From: Basidiobolus meristosporus CBS 931.73
Lineage: Eukaryota > Fungi > Basidiobolomycota
NCBI GenBank assembly: GCA_002104905.1
Contig: MCFE01000440.1
Coordinates: 1 to 64,000 of the forward strand
DNA: 64,000 nucleotides
Direction of reading: 5' to 3'
Part shown: positions 1 through 10,511 of the stretch, in pieces
How positions within the stretch are numbered: position 1 is the first letter of the stretch
Layout of the letters: each line of letters starts with the position of its first letter
Made by a program: the position numbers and the translations under genes
Notes under the pieces: model-generated
Seen by the model: the letters and a program-made list of their open reading frames with translations, nothing else
What the model was told of the DNA's origin: nothing
Databases searched by the model: none

Positions 1-98
1 CTGATTAACAAAAAAATCGTTGAATTAGGTTCGTAGAGTAATCTTGCCATTCGCACCAATCACCGACGACCCTGGCCCCTCCTGCGGCCGTTCCTAGG

Positions 99-105
99 TA
101 TAAAG
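99..105 (+). promoter_or_regulatory. Candidate TATA box of the GPCR gene
   Basis: TATAAAG about 60 nt upstream of the ATG at 164. Confidence 0.5.
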
Positions 106-163
106 GAGCACATGCAGCACCCGTTTCCTGGCCATTCCATTCATTTGCGCGCCTTCAAACGAA

Positions 164-1287
164 ATGCCCACTCATGGCGAACTGATCGGTAATCTTGTCA
201 CTGCCGGCAATGTTATGTCGCTAATGGGATGTGCTTTCGTTATCCTCAACTACCACCTGATTTACCGTCGGTTTCTGGTAAATGCCCCGAATAACATCAT
301 CGCGCACCATAGATCGCTGTTCTTTTTGTCTATAATCAACGTATTCCTCAATGGCGGAGGGCTGATGTATCAGAATCTGGACTGGAAAGGCACACGCACC
401 ATCTGCGTGTTGCAGGCGCTTCACATCACCTATTTCAATGCTGCCAATTGGTTCTGGGGAATATGCATCTGCGTGAACATGTATGTTGTTTGATCGTCTT
501 GCGCCTATGCTTTCTCTCTAATAACACACGCACCAGCTATACTATCCTGCTCCCTCCAGAAAAGTTCCTTTTCATGCGGAAGAAGATCATGACCAAGTTC
601 ACCATCTTCGCGCTCGGCCTTCCTTCGATTTTGATGCTTCCCCTCATTACCAACCTGGATGAGATTGGCCCGGTCGGCGGATGGTACGTATAGATATGAA
701 ATGCGCCCAGCTGCCATGCTGCGATCTAAGTCACGACTCTATCTAGGTGCTGGATCAAGCCCGCTGCTGGAGGTTTGCGCATTGGAACATTTTACGGGTG
801 GCTACTACTGTCCTTTGTGATGTACATTATTCTCCTAGTCGCAACCCTCTATCAAGTATCTGTGTTGCGGAAGAATCCGTGGGAGCAAAAACGCAAAAGC
901 AGGCATCCCTACGAGAAGCTTCTGAACCGATATGTACTTTACGTGCTAATATTTTTTATATGCTGGACTCCAGGCGCTGTGAATCGCATCATCCAGCTCT
1001 CCAACCCTGGCTTCTACAGCTTTGTTCTTGACGCAATGCACACGTACTTGAGCATCAGTGAGTCATTTTGGCTGAGTTTGGTGTTTGGATTCACCACAAG
1101 TCTCTCGGAGATTTACAAGATTATCTGGAAGGGTGGGCTAGGAAACGTCAAACCAGCAAATCAGTCTTCCAACTGGAGCGCATCCTTCACAGGCATGACG
1201 AAATTGGAAGAGATTGAACACAGAGATGACAGCGATGGATGGAGCAGGCCTGGCGATAGCATGATCTCCATAAAATCCCCTTCGTAA
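164..1287 (+). CDS. 7-TM G-protein-coupled receptor, cAMP-receptor-like (Dicty_CAR/Git3 type); join(164..480,537..683,747..1287), 334 aa
   Basis: Two GT-AG introns (481-536 GTATGT...CAG; 684-746 GTACGT...CTAAG...TAG) splice three ORF-track frames into one 1005-nt frame. The splice recreates the family motif GPVGGWCWIK. Also present: C-x-x-QA...YFN-A-WFWG-CIC-N in TM3 and YVLIFFICWTPGAVNRI in TM6. Confidence 0.9.
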
Positions 1288-2728
1288 TGGGCCCCAACTG
1301 CAAGATTAAGGAACTGACCGCTATAAGCCTGATCATTAGATAATCCGTCGCTTGAGTGACGGCGACGGCCATTTGTTGTATGAATTTTGTAGCATTCACT
1401 CTGCAACTCCCACCAATCCCTAGCCAGCTAAACCATCCTCACCCAATATAACTAAATTGCTACTTCTGAGCTACGTATGGATCCCATTAAACTGGCTGTG
1501 TGTGCCGCATGCCGCAACCGGTTTGCTCGGCAGGTTAATTTCGAGCAATGGTTTGAGTGGAAATGGTTGGTTCGTGTGGTACCCTGGGTAATGTGCTACT
1601 GATTGCTGTGTGGCAACACTGCTCTGCACTGAGAATTGTTCTTCCTATCCTGCGTATGTGTGTCACTCAATCCGCGGGCTACAGCAGTTGGAGCTCATAA
1701 ATAGCACTACTCCCTATTTGGCAATTGGCGATGCCAAATATTGATCCAGATGGACTAACAGATGAGCTTCGTCACACCGGGTACGCATCTTCATTGTGGT
1801 GGATGTTCAGCGGTGGGTGATCTGTATCTCCCCTCGCCCTGCCCAAGACCAGTGGGATTTGACAAGCAATACGAAGCAAGCAACAAGACGGCTATCCGAT
1901 GTTATCAGCAATGCATCGTCGCTATCGATTTAGCAATCACTCCATTCGTAATCCCCATATTCCCAAAAGGGACCGTCAAGCGATGAGGGCCTGCTAATGT
2001 CCCTCGCCCGGATTTTCCTTCCCTAATGGCCATCACGGTGGCCTTTCCACTTCCCCATGCGGCTGCACGCTTTCTTTTAGCCAGTTAAGAAGCCTCTGGG
2101 CCTAGGGTGATGCGGATAAAGAGGACACCCGAGGCTCCAGCACAGCCCTGGGCGTTGTAAAATGCAAGTGCAGGTGATAACGAGCGTAGCTATGCCTCCG
2201 TCTAACTGAGCCTCCACTACAGTCGCCCCCAGGCCGAGAATCCTTGTTTTTCTTAAACTGGGTCGCTCATCTAGATAGGTGGACTTTAGCCACCATGGCC
2301 CATGTGATGGAAAGGGCTCCGAGGACGATCCAGCTAGGGGCTGTTATCTATATTACCTGACACATCATTGGCAAGGATAAAGCAAATAGCATCGACACAA
2401 TGCGAAAATAGAAAACAAAGCCTCGCTATAGGAACGAGCTGTGGGATTCTATTGGCACGGGTTTGTTTACAATACATGTCAGAATCAATACACGATGCGT
2501 GTCTATAAACACTTCTGATATGCTGGTGTGCATATGCTTCCACCTTGAAAGCTCGATTACTTACCAATTATGTGCAGTCCTTGATTCTGAAGGCCATACC
2601 GATAGTGACCAGCTTATGCATGCCGATTTGGCTTAATTAACATCGAGGCGTATACGTAATCACCATCCCATTAACGTTGATTTCAGAGGCCATGGCTTTC
2701 TGTAGACCTTTTATGCGCCAACATTATC

Positions 2729-3253
2729 ATGTTGACGCCCAAGCTATGGTACTTTGCATTTGGCTCTAACATGAGTGCCGCGCAGATGACGCAGCGTGGC
2801 GTTCAGTGGATAGAGGGGTATCGGGTATTGGGAAACCTAAAGGGGTATCGCCTTTTGTTCAACAAGCTGCGCACGAAGGGGCCAATGACTGAGGTAGAGG
2901 GGTTTGCGAATCTGGAAAAAAGTGAGCCTGAACGCGAGGTCTATGGCGTGCTCTACGGCTTGCCCAGCGATGCTGGTTTACTGATTCTAGACAGATACGA
3001 GGGAGTAGAGCTCCAGCAATACGAGCGAGTGTTGGTAGACATCAGTGTGGTGAACTATGCGGACTTGAAGCTGCCCGCCACCGTCACTGCTGTCACGTAT
3101 ATTGCCAGAAACCCCCAGGTAATTCGATCCAATCTAAAACCCTCGAAAGAGTATTTGGGCAGACTTTTGGCTGGCAGAGATCTGCTCCCCTCCGACTACT
3201 ACAACTCTTTGGCAAAAACCGAAACGCTGACTACCGACCAACCTGGTGCGTAG
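2729..3253 (+). CDS. Gamma-glutamylcyclotransferase (GGCT/AIG2-like fold), intronless, 174 aa
   Basis: N-terminal YFAFGSNM motif, GYRLLFNK, VYGVLY, LDRYEG catalytic-region motif and PSKEYLGRLLAG C-terminal motif. Confidence 0.88.
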   Translation: MLTPKLWYFAFGSNMSAAQMTQRGVQWIEGYRVLGNLKGYRLLFNKLRTKGPMTEVEGFANLEKSEPEREVYGVLYGLPSDAGLLILDRYEGVELQQYERVLVDISVVNYADLKLPATVTAVTYIARNPQVIRSNLKPSKEYLGRLLAGRDLLPSDYYNSLAKTETLTTDQPGA

Positions 3254-4182
3254 TGCACGCAGTGCTGATAATACAGGATTGGTCCAGCGACAGAGTGAAC
3301 TGTGCTCTGTTCTGGCCATCAGTATAAATATCCATAATCTATATATAAATATAGATACATGTATATTGATCATCGCAATATTCAATAAATCCCCAATACT
3401 GGCCAATAGCCAGCAGCAACTGCACGAAAAATCGGGACTATATCTGTATGGCAGCTGGATTTAAGTACAGCATTGATGCTGCTATCGAATGACACTTGTT
3501 GGATTACCAACTCACACCAGCCAACATCTATGGTACGGACAGGTGCCGTAATCAGTATCCATCAAGAACGGCAGGTAGATTCCGCATCGTACATGATACC
3601 TAAGGCCAGAGAAGCCCAGTGTGAGAGAAGTACATGCATGGCTGGGCGGGTCTGGTAATAATCAGCCGCTTGGAAACTTCGGTGGAGCGCTCACATTGCG
3701 ATTCGATATTGTCATGTTTGTGGTGAATCATCCATGATACCAGAGATCAGCATATTTGTCGCTATGACTAATTCCCAGCTAGAGACCCGCTGTCGCTCTG
3801 CTCGCCGTTCACGGCTCACACCACGCCTAGGCTATAGTAAAAATAGCCATGCGGTCATACTGCTCTTAAAATTAAGTAACGATGCTTCCATTGGGCTCAC
3901 CATCAACCCTAACCCTTACCCATGATTCCAGTAATTGCTGATTCCCCGATCATCATCATCAGAATGATACGCAAACCAATATCATGCGTTCATCTGGATT
4001 TCGAACGGCTTGGAACCGCCTTATTTTCTGCGCAGGATTGAGACACATGTCTGCCAATTGACGTCACGCACCGATGACCTATCAACCAACACAAACGGTA
4101 GAAATCTCGAGCGTCCGTGGCGATGCTCGTTTTTCCGTTCGGTATACCGTTGGCTTGGTTCCATTTGCAGTGTGCGAACCTC

Positions 4183-4190
4183 TATATAAA
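4183..4190 (+). promoter_or_regulatory. Candidate TATA box of the KRE6-like gene
   Basis: TATATAAA about 115 nt upstream of ATG 4305. Confidence 0.45.
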
Positions 4191-4304
4191 TCGCGAGGCT
4201 GAGCACTGGTAGTTCTGATCCACGGCTCGTACACTAACCTCGGTACATCTCATCTGCATTCCTCCTTCTGTAACACCTAGGCCACTGTAAACTACATTAA
4301 CCTG

Positions 4305-5687
4305 ATGAAATTCTCCCGACTTGGTGAAAGGCGATGGTGCACATTGATAACGCTAGTGGTCATCGTGTCTGGGTTGCTATGCTTATTCATCATCTACCCA
4401 ATTCTGGACGAACGGAACGGCTATCGCCCAATAACTATCCCCATCAACAACAAACCTAAACCGGTTGATTGGATTGATCCCGACACCCCGAAAAATGCTC
4501 TTTCTAAGATCGCCACCGACGGCTCGCGTTACCAGCTCGTGTTCTCTGATGAATTCAACAAGGATGGTCGGACGTTCGGCCCCGGCCAAGACAAGGCGTG
4601 GGAGGCTGTGGACCTGCATTATTGGGTTACAGGAGACTATGAGTGGTACCAGCCGGATGCAGTCACCACGAAAAACGGCAATCTTGAGATCAAAATCACC
4701 AAGGAGCGTTTGCATGACCTTGACTATAAATCAGGGATGCTTCAGTCATGGAACAAGTTCTGCTTTACCGGTGGCTCAATTGAAGTGAACGTCTCGTTAC
4801 CAGGCCGGGGGGATATTCAAGGGTTCTGGCCCGCCATCTGGACCATGGGCAACCTGGGAAGAGCGGGGTACGGTGCAACCACCGAGGGCACATGGCCGTA
4901 TACCTATGATACCTGCGATATCGGAGTAACCAAAAACCAGTCACTCACGAATAATCTGTCCTGGCTACCTGGCCAGAAACTAAATAGATGCGTCTGCAAG
5001 GGCCAGGAGCACCCCTCGCCGGGTAAAGGAAGGGCTGCTCCAGAGATTGACATCCTAGAAGCGGCTGGCGTCCCTGGTCAACAAGGCACGGTTTCACAGT
5101 CACATCAAGTCGCACCGTTTAATGCCAACTACGATATCAAAACTCAGTACACCCGTATCTACGACAACGACACCAACATGAACGGCTACAAGGGCGGGAA
5201 ATTGCAGCAGGCAGTATCAGCAGTCACCACCGTCCCTCTTCAGTATTACGAAGGAAGAGGGTACCAGACATATGGCTTCGAGTACCTTCCTGGTCCCAAT
5301 GGGTACGTCACTTGGCTCATCAACGGAAGGCCCACCTGGAGGGTAGACGCGGCAGCGATAGGGCCTGATCCCATCACGAAGATAGCACAACGGATGATTT
5401 CAGAGGAGCCAATGTACATAATCATGAATCTTGCAATATCCAGTGGATTTGGGTGGGTTGATTTCGAACATCTTCCATTCCCTTCAACCATGAGAATCGA
5501 CTACGTACGTGTATACCAGCACCCTGATAGAATCAACATTGGCTGCGATCCAAAAGATTTCCCCACAGCGGACTACATCAACAGGCACATAAATGCTTAC
5601 ACTAATCCTAACCTAACCACGTGGAACCAGGCTGGCTATGAATTCCCCACTTTTAATCTCGACGGCTCCTGTCCCAACCCACCATGA
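4305..5687 (+). CDS. KRE6: Beta-1,6-glucan synthesis-associated protein, KRE6/SKN1 family (GH16), type II membrane protein, 460 aa
   Basis: Single N-terminal TM anchor; LVFSDEFN, WEAVDLHYW, YKSGMLQSWNKFCFTGG, WPAIWTMGNLGRAGYGATTEGTWPYTYDTCD, catalytic APEIDILE, EEPMYIIMNL and C-terminal GCDPKDFPTADYI. Confidence 0.93.
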   Translation: MKFSRLGERRWCTLITLVVIVSGLLCLFIIYPILDERNGYRPITIPINNKPKPVDWIDPDTPKNALSKIATDGSRYQLVFSDEFNKDGRTFGPGQDKAWEAVDLHYWVTGDYEWYQPDAVTTKNGNLEIKITKERLHDLDYKSGMLQSWNKFCFTGGSIEVNVSLPGRGDIQGFWPAIWTMGNLGRAGYGATTEGTWPYTYDTCDIGVTKNQSLTNNLSWLPGQKLNRCVCKGQEHPSPGKGRAAPEIDILEAAGVPGQQGTVSQSHQVAPFNANYDIKTQYTRIYDNDTNMNGYKGGKLQQAVSAVTTVPLQYYEGRGYQTYGFEYLPGPNGYVTWLINGRPTWRVDAAAIGPDPITKIAQRMISEEPMYIIMNLAISSGFGWVDFEHLPFPSTMRIDYVRVYQHPDRINIGCDPKDFPTADYINRHINAYTNPNLTTWNQAGYEFPTFNLDGSCPNPP

Positions 5688-6499
5688 ATGCCGAACAGCA
5701 CTACTCATCCTCCGCCTTTCTTGGCTTTCATTGTGTTTCACCCCAACCTCTGCCTCATACTGTACATTTAACCGTAACTTGCTGCCAAAAGCCACTAATA
5801 AAACTCCTCTGCAACCGACGAGCCTGGCATCCAATTAAAGGCGAGTGTACCTGTGTGACCTCTTGTTTTAGCGCTTCCATGCGCCAACTCTTCATTGACA
5901 ATCAGGGCAAGCCGTCCACTGGGATTATTTGTTGCTGGAAATAGACCAAGTGTCGGTAGTCAGTGGGAGTGAAGATACCGTGTCCCCTGCTATATATAGA
6001 ATTCAATATCCGTCTTGGATGGTAATCCGCCCATTTTTTCACTTCATATTGCTTTTAGCTCATGGCAAGGGTGGTACCACCACACCAGCATTCGCTGATG
6101 CACAGCAGCCGTGGAGTAAACTCCCTGGTCTAGAAAGAAGGCCGTCAAGCATGGTTCCTTGTCTAACCAGTGCATGTAAGCCGGCCATGCCGCGAAAGCA
6201 AACGGAGCTCAATGACCCGGTTCGATGAAGCCACATTAGGTGAATACTTCATATGACGCTGCTTAATCAAGTGGTCCTATGTCTCGAACACCTGCAGAGC
6301 CTATGCTAGAATTGCCCAAACTGAGATATGCTTAAATGGAATTTGCTTGGATCAGACCCAAGATTCGGGGCCGTCATGCAGATGGAAAATCGCCTCTGGA
6401 CGGTATCTCGTCTATAGAGCATCTTTGCATCTTGATACTGGCTACCCGTGCCAATGCTAGGGAATTCTCAGAGCCCTTCTGCTTGATTCGTGCATTATG

Positions 6500-7820
6500 A
6501 AATCGTCATTACAGCCCCAAGCCTATCGACAGGCCTTCGAAGTCATGCAATCCACTCGCTGCAATTCCCCAAGAATTATGTGGCGCAGGAGAATTAGAGC
6601 TAGCGAGGATGCATTGCTGTGCTAGCAACTGCTCTGATCCTTCCAAACTTACGAATTCGAGGGAAGTCAACCATGATCCGATCCACCGAATCGTCGACTG
6701 ATCGATTGGCCATTTACGGTGGAGGGAGAAATCCCACGTAGCACCGTTGCCACATAGGATCCCCGCTCCTGGTGGCACGAGTCCGGATCATGATTTCGAC
6801 GATATGGCCGTTCGAGTGCACCAATCAGGCCCCACCAGAGTTCACCTCCGCTCAGAGCGAGGTTGAGATGACACATCGGGTTCGCCACCAGGGAATTCAA
6901 GGAGAATTCTTTCTCTGAACCCAAAACCTTCTATCGATGGAAAAACTTTCAACCTAGTGTCTCACCTTCTTGATTATCTTATCCTGCATGCGAATGGAGA
7001 TGTGGCAGATTCGACCGTATTAAAGCCAGGACGGGGCTGGGTGGCACCAGAGTAGGTGTTCTCTGATCAGCTGATTGTAAATCTCCGCCTAGATTTGGTA
7101 TGATGTCACTGGAGTTATCGCGGACCGATGCGTTGCTGGATGACATGAGGAAACCGGCTACGAAGTACTTGCTTGAACCTGCCTACTTGGCCCTCAGTAG
7201 CCAGGAGTTTCTCCCAATCCCCATCGTGGACCTGATTCGCTGGGTCAGGTATGCTTCCCCCCCCCCAAAGTTGCCACACAAATGAAAATTCCCATGTGAC
7301 TGACGAGTGGTGACTGATGGGCTGGACCCACTCGAACTGCCTCATTCTTGATGAAAATCCCAGCGGATTAGTAGAGGCATGGGTAATATCCCGCCGAGCT
7401 GGGGTTATGTACTTGAGCCATACAGGGGATTCAAGTCAATTCAGCCATCAGGTGCTATTTACTCCACATAGGGGAAGTGTTTGTCCCTGTTCCCGGCCAC
7501 AGTTGCGACTTTCAACCTCTCCACAGAGGTGATTTGGTGGGGATGGTGATTTTGGGAGATCAATGGATGGGAATCAAATCCGTACTGCCCTCTGTTTAGA
7601 TATTCCCCGAAGTTTACACCGATGGCGTTGATCCTGGTGAAGTTTCGCTGCCTCTCCTCAGCGAACCGCTTCGAGGCGATCACCTTCCGTTTCCTCGCAC
7701 ATGATTCCCCGGAAAGCTCCTGGCTTTCTTGCAAGCAGTCCGGTTCCCAGCAACCTGAAAACGCTGGGTTGGGGATCGAAGATGGCTCTAACGTAATCGC
7801 AGTAGGGGCCCAGACACTAA
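6500..7820 (-). mobile_element. Probable decayed non-LTR (LINE, L1/Tad-like) relic: ORF1 end plus APE endonuclease
   Basis: Frame-broken motifs in APE order on the minus strand: RFKQVLRSRFPHVIQQ (cf. F-R-LRS...DIL-LQET), VQRKEFSLNSL, HLNLALSGG (cf. LILxGDFN), HQERGSYVATV and GGSDH. No intact ORF. Confidence 0.4.
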
Positions 7821-8730
7821 TCTGTCGGACGTGAAGAGTTTACATGACAATTAAATGTTAAGTATCGATAAGATCATTTTTCAGTTGAGAGAAGGCCCGT
7901 TTGGTGTCTTCGTCCTCGGAATCCATGGACATCTTTGTGATTGCCCACTCAATAAAGGCAACGGTCTCCGACACAAACGCGAGCATAGTCACTTGAATAT
8001 TGTCAAATATAATAAATGGAAAAACAAGGTGCAAAGAATACTTGTTTGCAGTACTGGCATGATAGCACTGTACCTCTACATTGACCTTAAGAAAACTAAA
8101 TGTAAGATGCCTCCTTATCAATCGCAGTAAAAGGGTGGACAATATACGCGCTCTGCGAGGGGTCAGTACCTTGTGTTCATACTTTGCCTCTATATCAAAA
8201 TACCGTTTTGAAGGCGCTTTTTTACGAATGATCTCGTATGAACAAGGTTGATTGAGAGTAACCAAGTTAAAATGCCAATCAATTAGCTTACTAACCCAGT
8301 ACCTCTTGCCTACGTATTTTTTTCTATTCCCAGTTGCATCCACATAATTCCCGTATACATCCGTAGCCCAAACGCGCTCACCTGCAGAAAGATTGTTTAG
8401 AGCTTCCTTTAAATGCGTATATAACTTTGGTGCCATATGTGGATAACCACTATTTCCGTAGAATATCACTTGAACAGTGCGTATCGGAAAGATATGATCG
8501 AACCCGGATAATTTTCATTCAGGAATGATCTAGCAGCTTGTTCTAACCATGACCGGCTACCCCTTTTTAATTTGTTGTGCTGGGATAATTCAGCAAAGTC
8601 GTATACTTTTGACTCCATTGGTGAGTGCAAAACAGCCGCAATTGCTAACAATGCAGGTTCACTATGGCAAAATTCAGTCATAGCCTTTTGTGCAATGGTG
8701 AGTGTATGTTTATACTCTTTGTAAAATGCA
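7820..8730 (-). pseudogene. PrimPol-like archaeo-eukaryotic primase (AEP) pseudogene, intronless, frameshifted and truncated
   Basis: ORF 7858-8469 carries CSYEII...PSKRYFDIE (AEP motif I, DxE) and ASTANKYSLHLVF (motif II, SxH). Motif III is degenerate across a frameshift (IDTNI*..KLF, cf. IDxxVYxxNRxFR). Upstream ORF 8466-8735 joins via a single frameshift. The 5' end abuts a Copia fragment. Confidence 0.8.
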
Positions 8731-8731
8731 T

Positions 8732-8999
8732 GCATTGTGTTTCCTCATTTAAGTTACTTATATTGGCTTCCAGATATGATGGAATATAAGTCAACTTGTA
8801 TTGATTCTGATTGATTCTGATATCTGATACCTAAGGCAATGTGGGCACCATTTTGATCAGTGATCTTGCATCCAGAATTGTCAAAGCTGAAACTGAGTCC
8901 TTCTACAGTGGCCTTGCTACAGATACTAGGTTCTTGGCTATTTCTGGAACATAGAGTACCTCTTTGAAGGTAAGTGTATGGCTTCCTTCACTGCTTCTA
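8732..8999 (-). mobile_element. Internal fragment of Copia family A (protease to pre-integrase region)
   Basis: Reverse complement aligns to ~56954-57212 of the intact element (RSSEGSHTLTFKEVLYVPEIAKNL...). Confidence 0.9.
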
Positions 9000-10157
9000 T
9001 TCTTGAATAAATATTTTAAACCAAATCTTTCAAAACCATTTTTTAATCCTAACAAGTTTAATCTTAGACAAAACTTTCGCAACATATCTTTTTCTTCCAC
9101 ATGTTTGATTTTAGACAAAACTTTTCCAACTATTTTTTTTAACCCAAAGTTTCTCATCTTGACAAAACTTTTGCCGCAAATATTTTTTAAAAAACTTTTT
9201 CCATAAGGCAACTGTGAAGGTTAACAAAAGATACAATTTAAGTTGAAAAAAGCTTGAAAAATATAAAGTTAAAAAACCAAAATTAAAATTTAAATATTAA
9301 AAACCAAATCTCAAACAAAAGTCTGAAAAGCTATTTTTGAAACAAGAAACTTTTAAATTATATAAGAAATAAAAAGCATTAAATAAAATGTATTTACATG
9401 TTATTACTTGTTATTACATTTACCATCCAATACCCAATCTGACTTTGATATTATAATTCTTAATGAACATGTATGTATCCAAATCACAGTTTAAAAATTT
9501 CAAAAAAATGTTGTTACAATCTTGTCTTGGATTAGTTGGCATCTTTTGATTGGCTATTCTTTGCACCAGGATATGTATTATTCATTTGTTGACTTTGGAC
9601 ACCCAGGAACAATATATGATGGGTCTTTATGGATATTTTACAATTGGTTATCTATTTGGGCCCCTTGCTGTATTAAGTCTCTTACATGTTGTCAAATGTG
9701 TTTCTAAATTAACAATCCTCAATCTACCATTTATGATTGTACTCTATGTACTCTTTGGGCCATCTGTTACATATTCTCTGCTATTAACTAACAGCAAAAA
9801 TTGATTTTTGACATTATTGTATTTAACATCTCTAGATGTTTGGAAACTCTTCTTACAATTGCATATATTGCCATAAATTTTGTTTATCTTGCCAACATTC
9901 CCTATTCTTGCAAGTATATCTCCTATCCATGCCCCTCTTCTTGCCAACCTGTTGATTATCCATTAACAAATCATTGCCAGCCTGTTAATTACCCATTTAA
10001 ATATACTTGCCAACCTGTTAGTTTTAACCCTACACATACTTGCCAGCCTGCCAGTTATAACCCTACACATACTCCAAACCCTATTAGTTCTAACCCTATG
10101 CATACTTTTTAACCTCTCAGTCATCCATCTGCATCTGTTTACCAGCCTATCAGTCAT
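9000..10157. other. Very AT-rich 1.16-kb insert of unknown origin inside a Copia A relic
   Basis: Both flanks are Copia A sequence, corresponding to ~56641 and ~56954 of the intact copy. The insert has no similarity to Copia. It contains three spaced GACAAAACTTT motifs (~9066-9172) and a 33-bp array. Confidence 0.7.
9942..10106 (+). repeat. 33-bp tandem repeat, 5 degenerate units
   Basis: TGCCAACCTGTTGATTATCCATTAACAAATCAT / TGCCAGCCTGTTAATTACCCATTTAAATATACT / TGCCAACCTGTTAGTTTTAACCCTACACATACT / TGCCAGCCTGCCAGTTATAACCCTACACATACT / CCAAACCCTATTAGTTCTAACCCTATGCATACT. Reads in frame as CQPVxYPxxxT-type 11-aa repeats. Confidence 0.85.
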
Positions 10158-10162
10158 CCTAT

Positions 10163-10511
10163 TGTTGTAAGAGTCTTGGAGATATTGTAAGTGATTGGGA
10201 GAACAAGTAGATTATGTGGTTTTCACTTAATGATTTATTGAATGTAAAAGTAGTATTTATACTTTTACCTGGTCTTGGCATTGCAAACACGTAAAATAGG
10301 TTAAGGAAGGTCCCAAGAACATGTGTGCAAAGTTTGGTGCTGTTTGGACAACTTATCTAATTTTCATGTTCTGGGTACCTGGTATTTTGGTGAAAATATT
10401 CTAAGTAAATCCCAACAAGGAATTTGGTCAGTATTCTCTAGGATTTGAAGGTAATGATCTAAGTGACTAAGTTAGGTGAATATTTAGGTGGAAATACAAA
10501 TTTTTACAACA
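10163..10511 (-). mobile_element. Solo LTR of Copia family A with 5-bp TSD CCTAT
   Basis: 349 bp, TGTTGTAA...TTACAACA, homologous to LTR 55597-55945; CCTAT at 10158-10162 and 10512-10516. Confidence 0.9.

Noticed and set aside
1300-2700. Short ORFs 1161-1406, 1762-1986, 2334-2567
   Set aside because: No motifs, codon bias or splice support; treated as intergenic.
4209-4280. Possible 5' UTR intron of the KRE6-like gene
   Set aside because: GT-AG and CTAAC are present, but the donor lies only ~20 nt after the candidate TATA box; cannot be supported without transcripts.
6600-6900. Possible C1-domain/intron-containing host gene on the minus strand (LWWGL, GTAAGT...TGCAG)
   Set aside because: No splicing gives a continuous frame or the Cys/His spacing of C1; the APE-relic reading fits better.
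9942-10106. 33-bp array as a CRISPR-like locus
   Set aside because: Contiguous degenerate tandem units with no unique spacers, no cas genes, eukaryotic context.
9487-10160. Idea that the AT-rich insert is ciliate-code (TAA/TAG=Gln) DNA
   Set aside because: Much of the TAG/TAA excess comes from the tandem repeat, two TGAs occur at the start of that frame, and the opposite strand has a nearly open standard-code frame. Not supportable without a search.
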